A DNA stretch of 64,000 nucleotides from Eukaryota sp. GEM-RC1 (Eukaryota): NCBI GenBank assembly GCA_040285855.1, contig JAUFOQ010000003.1:2418001-2482000 (forward strand), read 5' to 3'. The translations under genes and the position numbers were made by a program. Each line of letters starts with the position of its first letter. Positions within the stretch are counted from its first letter, which is position 1. Under the pieces are notes generated by a model. The model searched no databases. It saw only the letters and a list, made by a program, of their open reading frames with translations, and was not told where the DNA came from. This document shows, one piece after another, positions 36,198 through 48,696 of the stretch.

Positions 36198-39100
36198 ATG
36201 GGTTCTTCTGCTTCCAAACTTTCTAATGAAGAAGCACTCAACTATTCTACTCATTACAATTTCGATCTTTGGAGAATCAAAAAGCTGCATAACCGTTTCA
36301 CCCAGATGGATGCAGATAAGGATAGTCAAATCACACGCCAAGAACTTATATTGGAACTTGGGGATATTCCCCTTAAGGAACGAGTCTTCGCTCTTTTACC
36401 CGATAAGAAGGAAAAGCTAACATTTGAGGACTTTCTTGAAATTCTCTTTCAAGCTCGTGAACAAAAAGCAAGATCGCAGTTGAAACTTTCCCGTCCTAGT
36501 TTCGCTCCTCGTGATAGGGAACTTACGGTCTCCCAAAAGGTGATGTTCAGTCTTTCCCCAATTCTCATGCACTAAAGACGGTTGAAAGTGAGCTTATAAA
36601 GGTTTTTCACTTTCTTACTGGCCCTCCTGTTTCTATTAACGGGGATCCTTCCCAATCGTGCATTGGTATCAAACTTGGTAATTACAATACAATGGCTGCT
36701 CTTTACAGGCCAAAAACTACAAGTCAACGCGATGATGACGTTGAAATGATCACGTTGAACTATGGAGAAAACAGTCTGTTTACAACAGTCTCTTTTGACT
36801 CTACTGGTGCTCTTTTTGGTCAACCTTTTGTTAACAATCCAGTCAACTCTGTCCTTTACGGTTTCCTTGCTTTATTAGGTAAGGGATTCAACGATGTAGC
36901 TGTGAGAAACTTTCTTGTCAACAACAGTTCTTTGAACTCATTTAATGTTGTTGATATTGGTACTGAATGTACTTATGAGTTTACTGGAACAGAAGAAGGA
37001 AAAACAAAAGTTATGCACAAAAATCCTCAAGAGCTTACACACCTCTTTCTATCTCATCTAAAGCAATTAATTGAAGAATATTGCAATAATACCAATCTCA
37101 GAGTTGTTATTACTGTACCGCTGTCACTTCCGGAATCCCAACGTTATCTTTTACTAAATACTACTGAATCAGTATTTCCAGGTGTTAAGACTGTAAGTAC
37201 ACCAACTGCTATTTGTGCTGCCTATATTAATGAAAATCAGTCTCTAAAAGACAAAGTTCTGCTTGTTGTTGATATTGGTGCTATGAATACCGAGTTGGCT
37301 GCATGTCGATTTAGTAATAACGTGTTACACGTTCTTGCTGCTGACACATTGATTGATGTGGGGGGAACCAGTTTAGATTCTACAATTTTGAATTATTTCG
37401 GAGATGAATTGCCAAAAAATGTCAACAGGAAAAAGGTAGATTTTGAAGACTTAAAGAGACAGTGTATACTCAAAAAAGAAGAAGAACTTTTTGATGATGA
37501 CGTGGAATCTGATGATGAAATTGAACTTGATATTAATTTTGTTGATTCAACACCATCAATTGAACTTGCTCGGACAAAAGGACAAATTCTTGAACATTGT
37601 CAGGGATTCTTTGCCAAGGTTGTTTGGGGTATACGTGAATTTAGAGAACAACAACGACTAGTCGATTTTATGTTGCTTTCTGGTGGATGTGCTGAAATAC
37701 CTGAATTAAGGAGAGAAATTTATAATGAGTTCAAAATATTGGAACCTCAATGTAATGTTAAACAAAATACTGCTGCTGCTAGCGGTGCTTGTCTTATTGC
37801 TGCTGGTAGGTTTTCAGGACAACAAAAGTTTACAGTTTCCGAAATCACCACAAGTAGTCTTCTCAAAAGTAAAAGTATTGCGAAAAAGCCAAGTGTGCCT
37901 AGGTCTTTACCGTTTCCCGCCAGAAAGCTGAACTTTTCACCAAGTTCTGATGTTCTAAATAAAGAGAAGGACCAACTGACTAGTTGGTTAGCCACTCACG
38001 ATCCTACACAATCGTGCATTGGTATTAAGCTTGGTAACTGCAATACAATGGCTGCTCTTTACAAGCCAAAAACTACAAGTCAACGCTCTGATGACGTTGA
38101 AATGATCACGTTGAACTACGCAGAAAACTGTCTGTTTACAACCGTCTCTTTTGACTCTACTGGTGCTCTTTTTGGTCAATCTTTTACTAACAATCCCGTC
38201 AACTCTATCCTTTACGGTTTCCTCGCTTTATTAGGTAAGGGATTCAACGATGTAACTGTCAGGAACTTTCTTGTCAACAACAATTCATTGAACTCATTTA
38301 ATCTTGTTGATGTTGGTAGTGAATGTACTTATGAGTTTACTGGAACTGAAGATGGAAAAGAAAAGTTATGCACAAAAGTCCCCAGGAGCTTACACATCTC
38401 TTTCTATGCCATCTAAAGCAAAAAATTGAAAGTTATTGTAACAACACCAATCTCAGAGTTGTCATCACTGTACCGCTGTCACTTCCCGAATCCCAACGTT
38501 ATCTTTTACTAAATACTACTGAATCAGTATTTCCAGGTGTTAAGACTGTAAGTACACCAACTGCTATTTGTGCTGCCTATATTAATGAAAATCAGTCTCT
38601 AAAAGACAAAGTTCTGCTAGTTGTTGATATTGGTGCTATGAATACCGAGTTGGTTGCATGTCGATTTAGTGATAACGTGTTACACGTTCTTGCTGCTGAC
38701 ACATTGATTGATGTGGGGGGAACCAGTTTAGATTCTACAATTTTGAATTATTTTAAAAATGAATTGCCAAAAAATGTCAACAGGAAAAAGGTAGATTTTG
38801 AAGACTTAAAGAGACAGTGTATCTTCAATAAAGAAGAAGAACTTTTCATGATGACATGGACTTTGATGATGAAATGGAGATCGATGTTAATTTTGTTGAC
38901 TCAACTCCATCAATTAAACTGGCCCGGACAAAAGGACAAATTCTTGAACATTGTCATGAATTTTTCGATCAAGTTATCAGAGGTATCCGTGTGTTTCTGG
39001 AAACAACAACGGCTAGTTGATTTTATGTTGCTTTCTGGTGGATGTGCTGAAATACCTGAATTAAGGAGAGAAATTTATAATGAGTTCAAAATCGTGGATC

Positions 39101-39537
39101 CTCATTGTAATGTTAAACAAAATACTGCTGCTGCTAGCGGTGCTTCTCTTATTGCTGCTGGTAGGTTTTCAGGACAACAAAAGTTTTCAGTTTCCGAAAT
39201 CACCACAAGTAGTCTTGGTATCAAAGTTAAATTTGGACAGTTTAATGTATTGCTTGAAAAAGGTAGTCGCTTACCTTGCTCGTGTACAGAGGAATTTGCC
39301 AACGAACACGATAATCAAACTCAACTGGTGATTCAAATTTACCAAGGTGAAGGTACTCGTATTTCCAGATTACATACCCTCCTTGGTGAAATATTGGTTG
39401 ACATCCAACCACGAAAGGCTTTTGAATTCAAGTTTAAGGTATCATTTTCTTTGTCGATCAACAATGTGCTAAATGTATCAGCCATTGACATGCAAAATCA
39501 ACAACTATCTTCTATATGTATAAAAAGGAAATACTAG
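36198..39537 (+). CDS. N-myristoylated EF-hand (calcineurin-B/recoverin-like) domain + two tandem degenerate Hsp70 NBDs + partial SBD; frameshifts in assembly
   Basis: MGSSAS; EF loop DADKDSQITRQE. One extra A in CAAAAGG (~36535) opens the frame into GIKLGNYNT. Hsp70-like VVITVP, TPTAICAAY, DIGA, GGTSLD, LLSGG occur twice; SBD-like HDNQTQLVIQIYQGE. Confidence 0.75.
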
Positions 39538-39978
39538 TTTCTCTAAAACAAGGATTAAGACCTTCATCTTCATAGGGTCACCTCCGTTACCGTTCTAACT
39601 GCTTCTCTTCCTCAAGAACCGGCTCAAATTAGGATCGGTTTCGGTTCGACTTTGTGTGCTTTTATTAATTCAATGGCCTCGTGATTAATGAGTGGTTATT
39701 TCTCAATTATCACAACAATGCCAATCTCCGTTGTGAACTAATCTTTTTTTGAGTTATGATCATCTCGTTTTCCTGATGATATACAGTTCTTCCATGTCGA
39801 AAGTTTTGTCTTTGAACTTTGCTTTGAACCAGGCCCTCTCATAAGATAATTTCAAATACTTTGAACATCAAAAAATGCAAAAAATCAATGTGAAATAAAT
39901 ATAATTAAAACCAAATAAAACTTTGTTTTTTAAATATTTAATTTTATTATACATTTAATAGATCAAACAACTAAAATT

Positions 39979-42900
39979 GAGAGAGAGATGTTTATTCGGC
40001 ACCCAATAAGGTAACCTTTCTACAAACTATGAAATTGTAAAAACAAACAAATAATACTAAGATTAAATCCAAACGACTTCATCACCACCCGGTAAAAGAT
40101 TACGTTTATCTACATGAACCTTCACACCAAACTTGTACAATTTCTCAATTAATCTAGAGAAATAGAAAGGCATATTCCGATATATGGAAAACACTATACG
40201 GTTTTTCCATTCAGCCATTCTAAACTTACGCTTCTTTTCTTTACACAATTCTTCGAAATCCTTGAAAAATTGATCACCAGCAGGACTAATAGATCCAAAA
40301 GAGAAACAGCAAAAGGTTGAAACACAAATTTGGAATATGAGTTTCTATTTAATTCTTCTACTTGAGAGTCATACTTGGTGTGTTTGAGCTTTTCAGCTGC
40401 TGTTAATGGATTAAAAGAAGAATCTAATATCCTACTAACACAAGATTTGTTACATACATCTACTGTAGTAAAATCCATTAATGCTTGACTCGATTTAAGC
40501 CACGGAGTATGTAGATCCCCTCGTTTTTGATCAGTAAATTCATTTTCTGAAAGATGATTCAAAACTGGTTCAACTTTAGAGTGAAAACCATGTGCTTTAA
40601 ACATGGAATAACAAGAATCACGTACACCATCATGAATTACTGCACGGAGATGAATAAAATAACGACAATTAATTAAATGACGAAAAACACCATTAGCTCC
40701 ACAAGAGCACGTTGAATAGTTTAATAAATTTGCAGGCCAAATAGCCAAACGAAGACGCATATTGATCATCCAAGCTTCATCAGATAGATGTAATCCATAC
40801 ACCTTTGGAATTTGAGAAATAAATCCAGAAGGTCCACTATTACAAAGATCGATTAAAAAGCAGCGAACTCGGGACTATTAGTTTTAGCCAAGCTAATACG
40901 ATTATTAAAGTCCAAGAGTTCAAACTCCTTGTCAATTTATTTTGCAGCTTACATACAGCAGATGGTAGAGATGAAATATTTTTAAAGGAGTCTCCTTCAA
41001 ATGAGCAGGGAACAAAGATTCCCACATTTCAGGAGACAAAGATGATAACAAATCTTTAGCAGATTGAATCCAACGGCAATTACTGGAATTCAACAGATTG
41101 ATTCCATCCAAGGGAAACCGTTTCAAAAATTCAAACATAAAATTCTTAACACCTCCTAAAAGAGCAGATTTTCTAATGATTTTTGCATGGGTGAAACCTA
41201 CTCCTGCGAATTCAGAAGAATAAAAAGCATGAAATGGAATCTTAGACTCATCAATTTCAGCCAAGTTAGAGAGAAAATTTGTTCTAATAGAATTAAATTT
41301 CTTGGCAAATGTTTCAGTAAGGGAATAGTCTAATGAACGTAAAAAATGATTAATTTTCCCGGAAAAACAGACCTGAAGCATAGCAAAGGAAACATGTTTG
41401 CTCACATCTAAAGATAATATTTGATTTAGTTTTTCTTCAATTGTAGTTAATGAACTCTCCAATTCTGAATGAATTTTCTCATAATTTCCCAAAAACGTGC
41501 CAAGGAAACGAAAACATTGAGTAGAATAATCGATGATAGGAATATTACAAAAACCAAGATTAGAAACATTCGAAGACTTAACAACAAGAAAACACTTATC
41601 AAAATTGATTGTTAAACCAATACTCAAAGAAAGTTCGATGAAACGTGAAAAACACTTTTGAGAACGTCAACTGGAGCGATTAGTGAAGAATCATCAGCAT
41701 AAGCACAAATTTTAACAGTTGGAAATTCTAATTGTAAGATTTTAAATAATTTTTGCAGAGCGAGACAAAACAAAAAAGGACCCAAAGGATCACCTTGCTT
41801 AACCCCTCTAGTTGATTTAATATCAAACTTGTCATAAATTAAATTCGACGCTTTACCATAAAAAAATATTAAAATAGGGAATCAACTGAGGAAAAAATTT
41901 AGAAAGTTCGTCAGATATAGTTGATCTTAAAACACAATTAAATGCATTTTTAAAATCAATGTTCAAAATGGCATTTTCCTCATTTGAATGAAAATGAAAA
42001 TCAGAGGTTAAAGCAGCACACGTAGTACCATCAGGAACTCCAACTGCAAATTGAAACGGTCTAAAGAATTCAACAGAGGAATCTCTGACTCTCCTAAAGC
42101 ACAAAGTTGAAAAAATACGAGAAATTGTTTCACCCACTGCAATTGGTCTCACACCTCCATTTGGTTTGCTTAAAGCCACTAGTCTAGAAGAGCAAAGAGC
42201 ATGAGGTAATTTCTTTGTGCCTAATAAAACTTCATTAAAGAAAACAGCAAGATCTTCACAAATTTCAGGAACAGCATTAACGGCAATTTTAAAATGATCA
42301 AAACTCATACCAGAAGGACCAGCAGCACGACCAGAAGGGGATGACGAAATTAATTGTAAAATTTCATCAACTAAAACAGGTTTGTTAGTCCAGTACGACA
42401 TGGAAAGCTCACCAAAAACCGGATTGCCTGAAAATTCTTCAACAGGGTGTAATTTTTTCAGTTTTTCAACAGTTTCAACAGAAACTTCAGCTGGAAGTGT
42501 GTGATTAAGGGAGGACAAAGCAGAAGAAAACTGACCTCGTAAAACAAGATTTTGAAATCTTTTAGCAATAAACTTATCACTAACTTGAGACTTAAGAACA
42601 GGTTTAATTTTTCTATTGGACTTCTTAACAATTGACAACATATATCGCCAAAAGGTGCGGGATTCCAAATTCCACCACGTAAAATTTGTGTCACACTTCT
42701 AAGAGCAGTCCCGACATTAACGGCCGCCATTGGAGATATCATGATAGGAATTCTAAATTGTGGACGACATACATCAATAGGTGAACAATCAAAACACACA
42801 AGAAGTGGACGATTGGATTTATTTTTCCCAGAAACAGATTTAGCACAAAAAAGACAGGTCAATGAAATTGATGAATTAATTTTAGGCTCACAAACAGTCT

Positions 42901-43659
42901 CTTGGAAATCAAGAACAGACTGTTTAGACTCAACAGACAAAACAACTTCGGCAATCTTGGCATCATCTGAAGCAGACTTCCTAGTAGGGCAATTACGTCG
43001 ATCATGACCACCCAGTTTGCACACACCACACTTTCTACTAGACTCATGCATCGATTCAGCAACAACTGGCCGAGAAATACAAGTATTATCTGACGATGTA
43101 AGACCAACCAAAGGAATACAAGCAGAAAAATTCGGAGCAATTGCCTCATTCAAAACATTCTGAACTAATGGACTTATAGAGAAGGAAGATTTAACAGAAA
43201 AAATAGCTGTACTTCCATCAAAAACAGAAGATACAACCTTAGAAGGAGGAGAAATAGAACGAAGAGAAGAAGATTGAATGGATGAAGAAAAAGAAGAAAA
43301 AGACGGGTTTCGAGCTAAGTACTTAAGAGAAGAGACAGAACAACTTCCATCAAAGACAGAAGAAACAGCTTTAAGAGGAGAAGAAGCAGAACGAACTGAA
43401 GAAGGTTGGTTGGAGGCAAAGACAGAAGAATGAGATGACTTACGAACTAAACGATTTGAAAGCCGAGCATACCCCCGAACAGGAGCAGCAAGAGGAGGAG
43501 TAGTAATAGAGGAAGAAGAAGTACCTGCCAGTTTTTTAGCCAGATGATATGGTAATTTGGACTTACCCTTCACAACACCAGAGTCAGAAGACTCACGGTT
43601 AGAAGAGAAAGACTGCCAGACAATCTGGCAGAATTTCTTAAAGACATGAAGGCAAAAAA
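39979..43659 (-). mobile_element. Near full-length CRE-clade (CRE/SLACS/CZAR, Cnl1/MoTeR-like) non-LTR retrotransposon, family A
   Basis: Ser-rich N-terminus, CCHC (CGVCKLGGHDRRNC), RT (AAGPSG, RLVALSKPNGGVRPIAVGE, QFAVG, DFKNAFN, GVKQGDPLGP, YADD), C-terminal CSCG..HLINC, HDGVRD, RGDL, DFTT, AEKLK..KY REL nuclease. 10-bp TSD AACTAAAATT; empty site at ~46657. Confidence 0.92.
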
Positions 43660-44091
43660 AACTAAAATTTGATATCATTAAAGCAACACCCGTCGCTATC
43701 GAACCTTACAACAGCTTTTGTCCTCATAAAATTAACTCACATCTAATTAAGCTTTGGAGATGATTAGTGTATGTATTAATTTATTGTTGCAAATAAACTC
43801 ATATCTTGCTTCTAGTTGGTAAATTGTAATTTAAATTCCACACTTCCCTTAATATGTCTGGTGAACCTCATGAACTGACTATAATCCCCAACATCTACAT
43901 TGGTTTGTGTGAATACCCCGTCTGACTTAAGGCAATCTTCCTCATGGATTTACTGTAACTGAATTGATAGAGAAGCTTTCTTCTTTCCCTGGATGTGATG
44001 TCAAGATGCTCCGTAGCAACGCTCCCGATAGGCCAGGTTTCGCCATCATCTCTGTTCCTTCTGCCGAGACTGGAGAGTCTATTAAGTCTCA

Positions 44092-46224
44092 ATGGAATGG
44101 CCAGAAGTGGGGGGAAACGATATCATAGTTAATGATGCCAGGCCTTATAAGCCTCGTATTTTCCGACCCTCTGACCCAAAACCCAGAAACAACAGAAGAC
44201 GTAACCAGAACAGACGTCGTCCATCCATATCCAGTACAAGCACCGAACAATCAGACAAACCGGAGACTTCTCCTAGCCGCCCAGAAAGTATACCCCAACG
44301 ACGTGTCCCCTTTTTCGAGAGAATCTATAAAAGTAGAGTCAAGAGATTACGTGAAAGAGATGGTACTGTTATCTTTGTGCAAAACTTGCCCTTTTCATTT
44401 GATCAAAACCAAGTTAAAGAATGGCTTGAACAGAATAACATTGATTATGAATTTGTCAAACTCCAAACAGTACGCTACTTTGATAAGAAAGAGCAACATG
44501 TAGTCGAGAGATCGACTGGAAAAGGTTTACTCAAAATGAAAACTTTTGAAGCTGCTAATGAGTTCCTTAAGACAAATCGTATTACCAAATTGGGTGGGAG
44601 AACGGTTTTTTTCTCTCTTGCTAGAAGTGGTCCTCGTGTTCCTATTGACAATGATCAAGATGACGATTCAACACCCACTCACGATCCTACACAATCGTGC
44701 ATTGGTATTAAGCTTGGTAACTACAATTCAATGGCTGCTCTTTACAAGCCAAAAACTACAAGTCAACGATCTGATGACGTTGAAATGATCACGTTGAACT
44801 ATGGATACAACTGTCTGTTCACAACCGTCTCTTTTGACTCTACTGGTGCTCTTTTTGGTCAATCTTTACTTACTGACAATCCCGTCAACTCTGTCCTTTA
44901 CGGTTTCCTTGCTTTATTAGGTAAGGGATTCAACGATGTAGCTGTGAGAAACTTTCTTGTCAACAACAGTTCTTTGAACTCATTTGATCTTGTTGATATT
45001 GGTACTGAATGTACTTATGAGTTTACTGGAACTGAAGATGGAAAAACAAAAGTTATGCATAAGAATCCTCAGGAGCTTATACATCTCTTTCTTTGTCATC
45101 TAAAGCAAAAAATTGAAGAATATTGCAATAACACCAATCTCAGAGTTGTTATTACTGTACCGCTGTCACTTCCCGAATCCCAACGATATCTTTTACTAAA
45201 TACTGCTGAATCAGTATTTCCAGGTGTTAAGACTGTAAGTACACCAACTGCTATTTGTGCTGCGTATATTAATGAAAAACGGTCTCTAACAGACAAAATA
45301 TTGCTAGTTGTTGATATTGGTGCTATGAATACTGAGTTGGCTGCATGTCTATTTAATAATAACGTGTTACACGTTCTTGCTGCTGACACATTGATTGATG
45401 TGGGGGGAACCAGTTTAGATTCTACAATTTTCAATTATTTTAGAGATGAATTGCCAAAAAATGTCAACAGGAAAAAGGTAGATATTGAAGACTTAAAGAG
45501 ACAGTGTATCCTCAAAAAGAAGAAGAACTTTTTGATGATGACGTGGACTCTGATGATGAAATGGAGATCGATGTTAATTTTGTTGACTCAACTCCATCAA
45601 TTAAACTGGCCCGGACAAAAGGACAAATTCTTGAACATTGTCATGAATTTTTCGATCAAGTTATCAGAGGTATCCGTGTGTTTCTGGAAACAACAACGGC
45701 TAGTTGATTTTATGTTGCTTTCTGGTGGATGTGCTGAAATACCTGAATTAAGGAGAGAAATTTATAATGAGTTCAAAATCGTGGATCCTCAATGTAATGT
45801 AAGTCAAGATACTGCTGCTGCTAGCGGTGCTTCTCTTATTGCTGCTGGTAGGTTTTCAGGACAACAAAAGTTTTCAGTTTCCGAAATCACCACAAGTAGT
45901 CTTGGTATCAAAGGTAAGTATGGACAGTTTAATGTATTGCTTGAACAAGGTAGTCGCTTACCTTGCTCGTGTACAGAGGAATTTGCCAACGAACACGATA
46001 ATCAAACTCAATTAGTGATTCAAATTTACCAAGGTGAAGGTACTCGTATTTCCAGATTACATACCCTCCTTGGCGAAATATTGGTTGACATCCAACCACG
46101 AAAGGCTTTTGAATTCAAGTTTAAGGTATCATTTTGTTTGTCGATCAACAATGTGTTAAATGTATCAGCCATTGACATGCAAAATCAACAACTATCTTCT
46201 ATATGTATAAAAAGGAAATACTAG
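44092..46224 (+). CDS. RRM domain + degenerate Hsp70 module
   Basis: RNP2-like IFVQNLP, RNP1-like GKGLLKM, LGGRTVFFSLA; then THDPTQSCIGIKLG and the shared Hsp70 module. 710-aa open frame. Confidence 0.85.
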   Translation: MEWPEVGGNDIIVNDARPYKPRIFRPSDPKPRNNRRRNQNRRRPSISSTSTEQSDKPETSPSRPESIPQRRVPFFERIYKSRVKRLRERDGTVIFVQNLPFSFDQNQVKEWLEQNNIDYEFVKLQTVRYFDKKEQHVVERSTGKGLLKMKTFEAANEFLKTNRITKLGGRTVFFSLARSGPRVPIDNDQDDDSTPTHDPTQSCIGIKLGNYNSMAALYKPKTTSQRSDDVEMITLNYGYNCLFTTVSFDSTGALFGQSLLTDNPVNSVLYGFLALLGKGFNDVAVRNFLVNNSSLNSFDLVDIGTECTYEFTGTEDGKTKVMHKNPQELIHLFLCHLKQKIEEYCNNTNLRVVITVPLSLPESQRYLLLNTAESVFPGVKTVSTPTAICAAYINEKRSLTDKILLVVDIGAMNTELAACLFNNNVLHVLAADTLIDVGGTSLDSTIFNYFRDELPKNVNRKKVDIEDLKRQCILKKKKNFLMMTWTLMMKWRSMLILLTQLHQLNWPGQKDKFLNIVMNFSIKLSEVSVCFWKQQRLVDFMLLSGGCAEIPELRREIYNEFKIVDPQCNVSQDTAAASGASLIAAGRFSGQQKFSVSEITTSSLGIKGKYGQFNVLLEQGSRLPCSCTEEFANEHDNQTQLVIQIYQGEGTRISRLHTLLGEILVDIQPRKAFEFKFKVSFCLSINNVLNVSAIDMQNQQLSSICIKRKY

Positions 46225-46629
46225 TTTTTTCTAAAACAAAGATTAAGACCTTCATCTTCTTAGGGTCACCTCCGTTACCGTTCTAACTGCTTCTCTTCCT
46301 CAAGAACCGGCTCAAATTAGGATCGGTTTCGGTTCGACTTTGTGTGCTTTTATTAATTCAATGGCCTCGTGATTAATGAGTGGTTATTTCTCAATTATCT
46401 CAACAATGCCAATCTCCGTTGTGAACTAATCTTTTTTTGAGTTATGATCATCTCGTTTTCCTGATGATATACAGTTCTTCCATGTCGAAAGTTTTGTCTT
46501 TGAACTTTGCTTTGACCCAGGCCCTCTCATAAGATAATTTAAAATACTTTGAACATCAAAAAGTGCCAAAAAATCAATGTGAAATAAATATAATTAAAAC
46601 CAAATAAAACTTGTTTTTTAAATATTGTA

Positions 46630-48010
46630 TTTTATTATAAATTTAATAGATCAAACAACTAAAATTTGATATCATTAAAGCAACACCCGTCGCTATCGAA
46701 CCTTACAACAGCTTTTGTTCTCATAAAATTAACTCACATCTAATTAAGCTTTGGAGATGATTAGGGGAATTGTTTTAAAAACAGTAAAAACGATCCGATT
46801 CAACCATAACATATGATCAAAACGTTTGTTCATCCTATTTTTACCGACATTTGCGAAATCGTTTAAAAAATTCAATTCACATTCCTAAAAACCCTCCATA
46901 AATTGGAAACAGCAAAGGGCATAATTCGTATTCAACATGATTTACATGTTTTAAAGCCATCAATGGTTTCTTGTACTTATCCTGTTTGGCTTGTTCAGAA
47001 ATATCTAAAGGGGTAGTTTCAGAGGAAGCATTCTTTAAAGATGTCTTTTTACAAACATACACTGACACTACATCCATAACAATCAATTTGTCTGCAGAAG
47101 AAGGGACAACAACATCTGCTCTACTGTTTACCATAAAATTGGTTCCGTTTTTCGACATTACAATTATAACTTGGTTCTAAAGATCTTAGAAGTGGTTCAA
47201 CAAATGACTCAATTTTGTAAGACATACACATTGCATGTATTTGATTTCTTACAGCATCATGCATACACGTTCGATAAGTTATGTAGCGATTACAACTTAA
47301 CAGATGAGAAAACGTTAATTGTTTTCCACAGCTACATTGAAGATCATTTGGCAAATTATATGGCCATAAATAACAACGAAGTCTCATTGTAGTGGTCCAT
47401 TGATGATCATTTAATATTAGACCATATACTTGTGGAATTTGATTAATTAATGCCACAGCAGAACTCTCCTTTAGATCAATTACAAAATTAGCGAAAGCTG
47501 GATATTTTTCCTTGGCCGAGCTAAGACGGACTGTAAAATCTAAATTTTCAAAATATTTTAATTAATGATTTCGTAGCTTTTTTAAAGCAAACTTTAAAGA
47601 CAAAATGTTTCGACATGGAATTTCTTTGATATCAACAGGAAAGCAAGATGACCATAAATCAGGAAAAAGATTTCTTCTTTCACAAACGGAGATGATTAAG
47701 ATAAAAGCTGCAAGTACTTTCAAGAAGAGAAGTTCTTGATGGATATCGATTAGAAAACTCGAATACAAAATTCTTTCCACCAGCAATGAAAGCTGCTGTG
47801 GTCCACCATGTGAATCCCAAACCTTTTAAGATAGGGACTGGAAGATGTGTGGTTATTTAAAAAGTTGGGGTTGACTTGAAAAGGAATGAAAGAAAGTCTG
47901 TGGGAATTTTGTTAAAAGCTCCACAGAAATCATACGATAACTCAGGAGCAAGTGACCTTAAAAGATGAGCAATTTTACCAGAAAAACAAATTTTGAGCAT
48001 GAAAAATTTC
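46630..48010 (-). mobile_element. CRE-clade family B, 5'-truncated
   Basis: WTTTMRLR, CSCG..HLLSC, HDAVRN, VEPLL, SRADVVVP, MDVVSV, E.AKQDKY. Confidence 0.85.
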
Positions 48011-48696
48011 TAAAACCCAAATAAAAACAAAATATTTTATTGGTTTAGTTTCTCTCAGTTGCTATCGATGATTACACAATCCATTTGATCATCCCTTTCT
48101 TGTCGATAAAGGTTAGTTGACTTTCAGCTTCGTTTAATTGCTCTGAATGTGTCACCACATATCGATCTTCAACATTCGTTCAATAACCAGCATCGTGGAC
48201 GACCATGAGAGTCGTTCACTGATCATACGTCTGGATATAGTTGTGGAATTGGCCTAGAACACAGGTAAAGGCTCGTCTGTGTCGGGTAGGTTCGACATTG
48301 AAATGGCAAAGTTTGAGGAAAAATGACTTGACTTTGATTCTGGGCTGAGCTTGAGTATTTCTCACATCATGTTTCAACATTGAGCACCAAGTTATCCAAT
48401 GTTTTATTTTGATCAATGAAGTTTACTTTCCGACATTTTATTTATCTTTGTTTGTATTTTGTTGTATTTTGTTCTATTTGCATGATCGTGAAAAAGTGTC
48501 AAAAATATATATAAATAGAAATAAATACAAATACAATTTATTTATAAGGAGCCCTGTTATACATAGTCCTAAAAATCGAAAAAGCAAATTTACTCTTCCA
48601 GTACGATCTGTTAAACTTCTTGCCAAATTCAGAAAAAACTGTATTCAGCACCGAATAAGTTAACCTACAAAACTATGAAATTGTAAAAACAAACAA

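Noticed and set aside
38983..39016. 34-nt GTATCC..CTAG intron that would fix the shared Hsp70 frameshift
   Set aside because: The segment aligns with a coding helix needed before the LLxGG motif and lacks the GTATGT and branch signals of the 9146 intron. Kept only as a testable alternative.
43660..43678. Annotated start of the 406-aa ORF as the CRE-A start codon
   Set aside because: It lies in the TSD and target DNA outside the element. The likelier start is the ATG at ~43647 with a frameshift.
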